DNA of 64,000 nt from Clostridia bacterium (GTDB taxonomy: Bacteria; Bacillota; Clostridia; Christensenellales; Christensenellaceae), in contig JAAUYQ010000049.1 in assembly GCA_014805015.1 (NCBI GenBank), positions 114,122-178,121 of the forward strand. The letters run 5' to 3'. Both the position numbers and the translations under genes were made by a program. Under the pieces are notes generated by a model. That model did no database searches and was not told the origin of the DNA. It worked only from the letters and a program-made list of their open reading frames with translations. The first letter of the stretch is position 1. Each line of letters begins with the position of its first letter. This document shows positions 57,841 to 64,000 of the stretch, in pieces.

Positions 57841-59010
57841 TCACCTCACGATCGCGTACATGACCACCTCGTCTGCGAGCACACCGTCGGTCACATCGTA
57901 ATAGGTGATCGCCCGGCCGTTCGCGCACGAGAGCAGCGTCTTCGAGATGTCGCTGGTCAGCGAAAAGACATTCTGTTCGTCCGTGAAACAGATGTAGACC
58001 CGCTCACCCTTGGTATAGGCAACGAAGTTATCTCCAATGCCGTAGTTTGAGACATTCTGGGCGATCAGCACCGGTTCACCGCCGTTTGTCGACAGCATCA
58101 AGGAGCCGTCTGCCGCGTTGCGGGTGGTCGTAAAGATGATGTCCCGGCCATTCGTCTTGGGCTCGAAGACGTTCATATGCAGGTCGTAGTTTTCGTAGCG
58201 GGCAACGCCGTCGGCAAAGACAATGCGCTTGAGCTGGGCTGAATCGTCGCTTCCATACTCACTCCAGACAAGATCCTTGCCGGAAACGCTTGCAGCACTG
58301 TTGCCGTAGGGGTTGTTCTGATACAGCTTGACCGTCACCGGCTCACGGGTGCGGACGTTGTAGACGTAGAGACGCTGCGTGCTGTCTCCGGCCCACTGCA
58401 TGAAGGCCAGGAGCTCCCCTGACAGGGACAGCCGCGGCATGGCGTAGCCGTAGTCCTTGATCGTGAACTGCGTGCCTGTACTGAGATCGTAGCCGACGAC
58501 CCGGCCGCCGCCGGCACTCATGCTGTCAAGCCACACAGCCGTATTGCCGGACAGCATCGGCTGCAGCAGATTGTCGTATTTCTTGTCGACCCCGCTCAGG
58601 ATCCGGGCCTCACCGCTGCTTATGTCAAAAAGCACGACGGTATCGAGCTCATAGACGTCCTTGTTGCCGTGCCGCGTCGTGAATATGATCTGATCGCCGG
58701 CAATGTAGGGCTCATTCTTGATCGGGAAATCGGTGAGGAACATCTCCTGCGGCTCAATCTCCCCGGTATCCGCCGCCGCGCCGAGCGCTGTGAAATCTGC
58801 CTGCAGGCTCGGAACATACCGCAGGGACGGATCTGTGCCGGTAATCAGATCCTGGATCAGCGGAAACCCGAAAAACAGCATGATCAGCACAACACCGGCA
58901 ATGCCCGCGCCAATGAGCACAACGCGTCCGGCCGCCCACAGCCGGGCCAGCCTGATACTTTTTGCCACCTCCGGACCGCGGATCGAGCCGCGCCGGCGCG
59001 CCCTACGCAC
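57841..59010 (-). CDS. hypothetical membrane-anchored repeat protein (beta-propeller-like)
   Basis: The start is set to GTG 59010 (5 nt after GGAGG, 8-nt overlap with the ispDF stop). A basic N-tail and one TM helix (VVLIGAGIAGVVLIMLFFGF) are followed by 6-7 degenerate repeats of about 45 aa, x-G-x-x-(I/L/V)-(I/V/A)-(F/W/Y). I recognise no family. Confidence 0.55.
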   Translation of the reverse strand: MRRARRRGSIRGPEVAKSIRLARLWAAGRVVLIGAGIAGVVLIMLFFGFPLIQDLITGTDPSLRYVPSLQADFTALGAAADTGEIEPQEMFLTDFPIKNEPYIAGDQIIFTTRHGNKDVYELDTVVLFDISSGEARILSGVDKKYDNLLQPMLSGNTAVWLDSMSAGGGRVVGYDLSTGTQFTIKDYGYAMPRLSLSGELLAFMQWAGDSTQRLYVYNVRTREPVTVKLYQNNPYGNSAASVSGKDLVWSEYGSDDSAQLKRIVFADGVARYENYDLHMNVFEPKTNGRDIIFTTTRNAADGSLMLSTNGGEPVLIAQNVSNYGIGDNFVAYTKGERVYICFTDEQNVFSLTSDISKTLLSCANGRAITYYDVTDGVLADEVVMYAIVR

Positions 59011-60175
59011 CGCTGCCTCCGCCGGCGAGCAGACAGACGGCCTGGCAGGCAGCACCCTCGCGGCGTCCAAGTGCCCCGAGCCGTTCCGCCGTCGTGGCCT
59101 TGATGCTGACTGCAGAGGCTGCAATACCGAGCGCGGCAGCCACGTTCTGCTGCATCTCCTCTGCATGCGGCCGGATGCGCGGCTCTTCGAGAATGAGTGT
59201 GCAGTCGATGTTGACGATGCGGAATCCCCGCGTCCGCAGGCAGCTGCCTACTTCCGCAAGCAGAAGCAGGCTGGAGGCGCCGTGGTAGCGCTCGTTCGTG
59301 TCCGGGAACAGAACGCCGATGTCCGGAAGACCCGCCGCGCCCAGAAGGGCGTCCATCACGGCATGCACCAGCACGTCCGCATCACTGTGCCCAATGAGAC
59401 CCCGGTCGCAGCCGAAGTCCACACCGCCGAGAATCAGCGGCCGGCCCTCCCCAAACGGGTGCACATCAAAGCCTGTACCGACCCGCATGCCGCCGCTGCG
59501 GCCGCGCAGAATGCGCGCACCCTCGCGCAGATCCTGCCGGACGGTGAGCTTGATGTTGTCCGGCGCGCCCTCACTTACATGGACCGGGCAGCCCAGGCGC
59601 TCCACCAGCGCCGCATCGTCTGTTGCCAGGAATCCGTCTTCCTCTGCCTGCGCATGGGCCTTTCTGAGCAGCTCCGCCCGGAAAGACTGCGGCGTCTGCA
59701 CCCGCACCAGGCCGTCCCGACTGAGCGTGCTTTCGACAATGCCGTTCTCGACGCGCTTGACCGTGTCTGTCATCGGCACTGCCGCAACGCCGCTGCCGAA
59801 TTCCTCAGCCATGCGCACAGAGCGCTCAATCACCGGAACAGTCACAAAGCAGCGGGCTGCATCATGCACGCTGATGATCTCCACATCCTCTGGCACCAGG
59901 CGCAGTGCCTCCCGCACCGAGTACTGCCGCTCGCTGCCGCCGTCGCAGAACCGGATCGCTGCATCCGGCAGATGGTCGGCCACTTTCTGCTCAATCACCG
60001 CCCGGTCCTCGGGCCGGCAGGCGACAACAATTTCCGCAAACAGGCCGCTCGAGGCAAACGTCTGCAGGCAGCGCATCAGTGCACTCTGATCCTCTAGCTT
60101 CAGCAGCACCTTGTTGCGGCCAACGTTCATACGCCGTCCGCTGCCGGCCGCCAGGATGACTGCACAGACCTTCAT
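59003..60175 (-). CDS. ispDF: bifunctional IspD/IspF (MEP cytidylyltransferase / MEcPP synthase)
   Basis: The IspD part is VILAAGSGRRM...NK and the IspF part is RVGTGFDVHPF...GHSDADVLVHAVMDALLGA, in one continuous frame. The start is moved to ATG 60175 (ATGA overlap with the rqcP stop); the track ORF is over-extended by 111 codons. Confidence 0.9.
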   Translation of the reverse strand: MKVCAVILAAGSGRRMNVGRNKVLLKLEDQSALMRCLQTFASSGLFAEIVVACRPEDRAVIEQKVADHLPDAAIRFCDGGSERQYSVREALRLVPEDVEIISVHDAARCFVTVPVIERSVRMAEEFGSGVAAVPMTDTVKRVENGIVESTLSRDGLVRVQTPQSFRAELLRKAHAQAEEDGFLATDDAALVERLGCPVHVSEGAPDNIKLTVRQDLREGARILRGRSGGMRVGTGFDVHPFGEGRPLILGGVDFGCDRGLIGHSDADVLVHAVMDALLGAAGLPDIGVLFPDTNERYHGASSLLLLAEVGSCLRTRGFRIVNIDCTLILEEPRIRPHAEEMQQNVAAALGIAASAVSIKATTAERLGALGRREGAACQAVCLLAGGGSGA

Positions 60176-60420
60176 TTGGCCGCGATGACCTCGTACATGT
60201 CGCCGGCCTGGTCCTTGCGGACGGTTTCTGTGAGCGCGGCAACGCGGACCGTGAGCGGGCTGCGTCCGAACTTCACTTCGATCTCGTCGCCGATTTTTAC
60301 CTTGTAGGCGCTCTTCTGCGGCCGTCCGTTGACGAGCACGAGTCCGCCCTCGCACGCAGACTGCGCGACCGTGCGCCGCTTGATGATCCGCGCCGTCTTG
60401 AGGTACTTGTCGAGTCTCAA
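60172..60420 (-). CDS. rqcP: S4-domain RNA-binding protein, RqcP/YabO (Hsp15-like)
   Basis: 82 aa; MRLDKYLKTARIIKRRTVAQSACEGGLVLVNGRPQKSAYKVKIGDEIEV is closely collinear with B. subtilis YabO. TTG start. Confidence 0.8.
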   Translation of the reverse strand: MRLDKYLKTARIIKRRTVAQSACEGGLVLVNGRPQKSAYKVKIGDEIEVKFGRSPLTVRVAALTETVRKDQAGDMYEVIAAK

Positions 60421-60433
60421 TTTTACCTTCTTT

Positions 60434-60463
60434 CAAAAAGAGAACAGGCTTTCGCCTGTTCTC
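60434..60463 (-). terminator. strong intrinsic terminator after hup
   Basis: The minus strand reads gagaacaggc-gaaa-gcctgttctc (10-bp perfect stem, GNRA loop) followed by TTTTT. It ends only about 13 nt before the rqcP TTG start. Confidence 0.7.
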
Positions 60464-60531
60464 CGCATTCACATCTGCACAAGCCTGCCCGGCCGCCTTT
60501 CCCCGCAAAACGGCAGCTGCTGCCTGGATCT

Positions 60532-60804
60532 TTATTTGATCGCGTCCTTCAGAGCCTTGCCGGCCTTGAAGTGCGGCACCACTGTCTCCGCAATCTCAAT
60601 CTCTTCGCGCGTACGCGGGTTGATGCCCTTGCGGGCCGGACGCTCGCGGCACTCAAATGTCCCGAACCCCACCATCTGGACTTTGTCCCGGTTCTTGAGT
60701 GCGTCCACAACAACGTCTGTAAACGCGTTAATGGCCGCCTCGGCATCTTTTCTGGAAATATCGGCATTCTCAGCCACTGCTGTCACCAGCTCTGTCTTGT
60801 TCAC
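60532..60804 (-). CDS. hup: HU family DNA-binding protein
   Basis: 90 aa; NKTELVTAVAE...GFGTFECRERPARKGINPRTREEIEI...VPHFKAGKALKDA. The GTG start lies 8 nt after AGGAGG. Confidence 0.92.
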   Translation of the reverse strand: MNKTELVTAVAENADISRKDAEAAINAFTDVVVDALKNRDKVQMVGFGTFECRERPARKGINPRTREEIEIAETVVPHFKAGKALKDAIK

Positions 60805-61015
60805 GTCTGGGTTTCCTCCTGGTTGATTGGCGTTCTTTTGCTTTCCATGGTTCTCCGGGCCTGTCCGCAGAAAAGATGCGGACCGCCGCTTCTGGATGCT
60901 GCTTCGTTCGCGGACTGTTCGCTTTGCAGGAAAACGCGACTGCCCGGAAAGCACGGCGCCGCACATAAGGGCTACATGTCCGGCCTTCGGCCATCCAGAA
61001 CCTGTAAACAAAGCC

Positions 61016-61044
61016 ATTCTATTACAGGCCTATCCCGAACGCAA
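61016..61044 (-). promoter_or_regulatory. candidate promoter for hup (TTGCGT-17-TAGAAT)
   Basis: Hexamers read on the minus strand. It implies a 5' UTR of about 200 nt. Confidence 0.35.
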
Positions 61045-61099
61045 CCATCCAAACATGGGAGGGTTCCAGGCCTCTTTTCGTTCCATTCCAGGAAAAAAA

Positions 61100-62500
61100 T
61101 TACTCTTCTTTGGCAGCTTCCCAAAGCGCATCGAGCTCATCCAGGCTGAGATCCGGCAGCGGCCTCGCCGCATGCGCCTCCATAAAGCCAAAACGTCGAA
61201 TGAATTTGCGGCAGGCCGCACGCAGGACGGTCTCCGGGCTGAAACCCGCAAGACGCACGAGGTTCACCACGGCGAACAGCAGATCACCCGCTTCCTCTTC
61301 CTGGCTCGCCCGGTCAGAGCCGGAGAGGGCCTCAGCAAGTTCCGCTGTCTCTTCCCGCACCTTGTCCAGAGCTCCGTGCCAGTCAGGCCAGTCAAAGCCG
61401 ACGTTCGCGGCTTTTTTCTGGATCTTTTCCGCCCGCAGCAGCGAACCCATACCGCTCGGCACGTCCCTGAGTGTCTGCGTCAGGGTCTCAGCGCCCTTTT
61501 CCTCTCTCTTGATGGCGTCCCAGTTGGAAAGCACCTCGCGGCTGCCGCTCACCTCCACGGTACCGAACACGTGCGGATGGCGGCGGATCATCTTGTCTGT
61601 CACGGCGGTCGTGACATCCATTTCATTGAACTCCCCTGCGAGCCGGCCGATCTCGGCATGAAAGACCACCTGCAGAAGCACGTCGCCGAGCTCATCGAGC
61701 AGAGCCTGCATGTCGCTGTCCGCCACGGCATCCGCCACCTCGTACGATTCCTCAATCAGGTGCGGTGCAAGCGACTCGTGGGTCTGCTCCGCGTCCCAGG
61801 GACAGCCGCCGGGGGCGCGCAGGCGCTGCATCACGCCAAGCAGGTCATGATATGTGAAGCGCACTTTCTCCATCAGCCTGAGCGGCGGCAGAACGAGCAC
61901 CGCACCGCTGCCCCAGGACTCGCGGCGGTCAAGCTCACTGAGCGGCAGATGCTCTGCACCCGCGCCGCTCACCACGCACACCAGTGTGTCGTCAGGATAA
62001 TACTCACCCAGCGCCAGCTTGGCGCCCTGAGCCTGGTAGGCATCATCCACTCCCGTGACCACAAGTGTCCGGCTCGTGTCGAGCGGCCGGCCCTCCAGAT
62101 CCCGCGCTCCCGTGACCGTATAGGAAGCGGCCGGCTCCCCGTCCCCGGCCAGCATCAGCGCCTCACGCACCGGGTCGCTGCCGCCAAGAAACAGGACTTC
62201 GGTACGGGCGCGCAGTTCCTTGACAAAACCGTTCTCTGCCGGCGGACCGAGGCAGCAGAAGACCACCTTGCCGCTGCTTTCCAGAATCTGCTCCGCTCCG
62301 CGCAGGTACAGAGCCGGGAAGTCCGCCGCCGTCTCAAAGAGCGGATCCAGACTGCTCACTTCCCTCGCCAGCGCTGCAATATCCTTGGCGGCTGCTGGCC
62401 GCAGCGTCTGCAGCACCACCGTGTCTGCTGAGCGCAGCGCCTCCACAGCCCGCAGCTGCATGAGACCGAGCTCAGAACCCATCTCGACGACTTCGATCAT
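61100..62500 (-). CDS. mazG: MazG-family NTP pyrophosphohydrolase fused to a tetrapyrrole-methylase-like N-domain (YabN-like)
   Basis: The C-terminal half carries tandem MazG motifs (CPWDAEQTHESLAPHLIEESYEVADA; LGDVLLQVVFHA; EEAGDLLFAVVNL). The N-terminal 220 aa are TP_methylase-like, as in B. subtilis YabN. Confidence 0.85.
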   Translation of the reverse strand: MIEVVEMGSELGLMQLRAVEALRSADTVVLQTLRPAAAKDIAALAREVSSLDPLFETAADFPALYLRGAEQILESSGKVVFCCLGPPAENGFVKELRARTEVLFLGGSDPVREALMLAGDGEPAASYTVTGARDLEGRPLDTSRTLVVTGVDDAYQAQGAKLALGEYYPDDTLVCVVSGAGAEHLPLSELDRRESWGSGAVLVLPPLRLMEKVRFTYHDLLGVMQRLRAPGGCPWDAEQTHESLAPHLIEESYEVADAVADSDMQALLDELGDVLLQVVFHAEIGRLAGEFNEMDVTTAVTDKMIRRHPHVFGTVEVSGSREVLSNWDAIKREEKGAETLTQTLRDVPSGMGSLLRAEKIQKKAANVGFDWPDWHGALDKVREETAELAEALSGSDRASQEEEAGDLLFAVVNLVRLAGFSPETVLRAACRKFIRRFGFMEAHAARPLPDLSLDELDALWEAAKEE

Positions 62501-62520
62501 AACAGTCCTTTCCCAAAACG

Positions 62521-62547
62521 AAGGAAGACCCCTGCCTCGCAGAGGTC
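62521..62547 (-). terminator. candidate terminator between the prsA-like gene and mazG
   Basis: The minus strand reads gacctctgc-gag-gcaggggtc (9 bp, one G-U) followed by TTCCTTCGTTTT, an interrupted U-tract. Confidence 0.4.
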
Positions 62548-62564
62548 CCCTGAATGTCTCCCGC

Positions 62565-63749
62565 TCAGCTGTACAGTACGAGCCGGTCTGTGTAGAGCGT
62601 CACGTCCTTGCCGTCTGTCAGTTCCTCCAGGAAGGCCGTGTACGCATCGCTGCGCTTGGTCGAGGTCAGCGACTCAATGATGCTGTCCTTCACCGTATCG
62701 AACGGAACCTCGCCGTCCGCTTCCGCTTCCCGCTCGAGAATGTGGTAGCCGAAGTCAGTTGCCACCAGGCCGCTGATCTGGCCGTCCCGCGTCAGCGCCA
62801 GCGCCGCGTCCTCAAATTCCTGCACAAAATTGGATCCTTCGTAGGCCATATAGCCGTATGTTTTGTACGGTTCCTGCTCCATGCCCGGATCTGAGCCCAG
62901 CTCTTCAATCAGGGCATCAAAATCCTCGCCGGCGTTCGCCCGGTCAAGCGCTGCCTGCGCCTGGGCCTGGATCTTGGCGAGCTCCTCGTCGCGCAGCGCA
63001 TCGGCTGCAGCATCATCGCCGTCAGAGCGCAGCGACGAGATCTCTGACTGCACGTCATCCGGCAGTGAGATCAGCAGATTCTTGACGTACACGCTGCCGG
63101 CCGGGTTGTAGAAGTTCTCGCCAGAGGAAGTGTACTGACTGTAGGCAGAAGGATCCGCATCAATGGCCTCTTTCTGGGCCTCGACCTGTTCGTCGAAATA
63201 TTCGCGGGCGTCTTCCTCGCTGGCCTCGACAGGCTCCGTCACCTTCTCGTACTCCGCATTGATCCCCTCCTGGCGGATCTGCTCAAGCGCTTTCGCATCG
63301 AGATCATCGTAGCCGTTGCTCGTGACATACTCATCGTAGAGCTCCTGCGCCTCCTCGTCACTGCCGGCAGACTCCTTGTAGGACTGAAGCTGCTCATCGA
63401 GCGTCTTCTGGATCTCCTCTTTCACTTCATTGATGTGTTCCTCGCTCTCATCCACGAGGCCGTCTTCCTTGGCCTGCTGGTAGAGCGCCTCCTGATTAAC
63501 CAGTTCGTCCAGGATGTTGTTCAGGAACTCTGTCTCCGTTTCGCTGCCGGCAATGTCGGAACGGCTCATGCCGTACATGCTCAGCACCGAATCAAGCGTG
63601 TCGTAAAACTCCCCCTTGGGAATCTCTGTGCCGTCAACCACAGCCACAATCTGGGCTTCGTCCTTTTCCTTGTTGACGCTTACCATATTGCAGGCGGTCA
63701 GCATCACGCAGAAAACCAGCGCGAGCGCCGCTGAAAGTCCTTTTCTCAT
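62565..63749 (-). CDS. lipoprotein peptidyl-prolyl isomerase (PrsA/SurA-like, parvulin type)
   Basis: Signal peptide plus lipobox (LALVFCVMLTAC) and a long acidic chaperone-like region. The C-terminal parvulin motif region is LVATDFGYHILE. GGGAGG precedes the ATG. Confidence 0.8.
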   Translation of the reverse strand: MRKGLSAALALVFCVMLTACNMVSVNKEKDEAQIVAVVDGTEIPKGEFYDTLDSVLSMYGMSRSDIAGSETETEFLNNILDELVNQEALYQQAKEDGLVDESEEHINEVKEEIQKTLDEQLQSYKESAGSDEEAQELYDEYVTSNGYDDLDAKALEQIRQEGINAEYEKVTEPVEASEEDAREYFDEQVEAQKEAIDADPSAYSQYTSSGENFYNPAGSVYVKNLLISLPDDVQSEISSLRSDGDDAAADALRDEELAKIQAQAQAALDRANAGEDFDALIEELGSDPGMEQEPYKTYGYMAYEGSNFVQEFEDAALALTRDGQISGLVATDFGYHILEREAEADGEVPFDTVKDSIIESLTSTKRSDAYTAFLEELTDGKDVTLYTDRLVLYS

Positions 63750-63785
63750 CAGTTCCTCCCTCTTGACGGGCCCCGCTTCCCTGCC

Positions 63786-64000
63786 TCAGCCGGCGGAAGC
63801 CGCTTTTCCCGTCTGATCGTTTCCGGTCTTTGGATGTCCCAGGGAGGCCAGAAGTTCCAAAAAATCCCGCCCGGGCACTTTTTTTGTGCGGTAGACAAGC
63901 GACGGCGAACCCGAAGGCCGCAGCGTGACGTGCGCCGGGTCGCGGCGCGCTGCCTGCATCAGGCGCTCAACATCGGGCGTGACGCCGGGGGCAAATTTCA
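63786..64000 (-). CDS. 3' end of a CDS entering from the right edge (possibly mfd/TRCF C-terminus)
   Basis: Own translation: KFAPGVTPDVERLMQAARRDPAHVTLRPSGSPSLVYRTKKVPGRDFLELLASLGH...AASAG*, with the stop at 63788..63786. The mfd assignment rests only on the Bacillus-like synteny mfd ... yabN(mazG)-yabO. Confidence 0.3.
   Translation of the reverse strand, partial: KFAPGVTPDVERLMQAARRDPAHVTLRPSGSPSLVYRTKKVPGRDFLELLASLGHPKTGNDQTGKAASAG

Noticed and set aside
60827-62431. 534-aa plus-strand ORF spanning the hup-mazG gap and lying antisense to mazG
   Set aside because: The minus strand carries the tandem MazG motifs and a complete YabN-like architecture. The plus-strand product is Arg-rich nonsense that crosses an intergenic region.
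1-64000. CRISPR arrays, IS elements, integrases, phage genes, toxin-antitoxin pairs, restriction-modification or other defence genes
   Set aside because: Reading both strands, I found no regularly spaced direct repeats, no terminal inverted repeats, and no transposase, integrase, Cas or RM signatures. The only tandem repeat is the in-frame 36-nt unit at 14441..14539.

Overview
GC-rich, densely coding chromosomal core segment that looks like a Clostridia-type Firmicute (an inference from gene content and order, not a database hit). I call about 57 CDS and 5 tRNAs, mostly on the minus strand. From left to right the window holds: a partial sortase, murC, an MDR oxidoreductase, metA, nitroreductase-cysE, a Tyr-phosphatase-like gene, a TIM-barrel isomerase, ferritin, a MATE pump and nfnAB. 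Next come pspA beside a Gly-rich membrane protein, a flavoprotein, uvrA-uvrB, an Fe-ADH, an HD protein, a hybrid sensor kinase, a GNAT and a flavodoxin. Then leuA sits behind a terminator-containing leader, followed by a sigma-led five-gene unit (sigma / dGTPase-like / Hcy-methyltransferase / mtnA / class II aldolase). After that come tRNA-Leu, copZ, a tRNA Arg-His-Gln-Lys cluster, yfcE-rdgB, rqcH, an apgM-like gene, an amine dehydrogenase and a GT2. The right part holds fusA-rpsG-rpsL, rpoC-rpoB, yacL-radA, ispDF, rqcP, hup, mazG, a prsA-like gene and a partial 3' gene end. I saw no CRISPR array, transposase, integrase, prophage, toxin-antitoxin pair or recognisable defence island, so I cannot point to a clear-cut novel system. 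The most unexplained items are: (1) the tightly packed sigma-led salvage-type unit; (2) an 8-Cys membrane protein translationally abutting rpoC; (3) the leuA leader; (4) a membrane-anchored repeat (propeller-like) protein wedged between ispDF and radA; (5) the pspA neighbourhood; and (6) a tRNA-bracketed patch with about 570 bp of non-coding DNA. Many ORF-track starts are over-extended or use TTG/GTG, and I re-set them from Shine-Dalgarno spacing where visible. The long ORFs antisense to conserved genes are treated as GC-driven artefacts. All function calls come from motif recognition by eye, and no searches were run.
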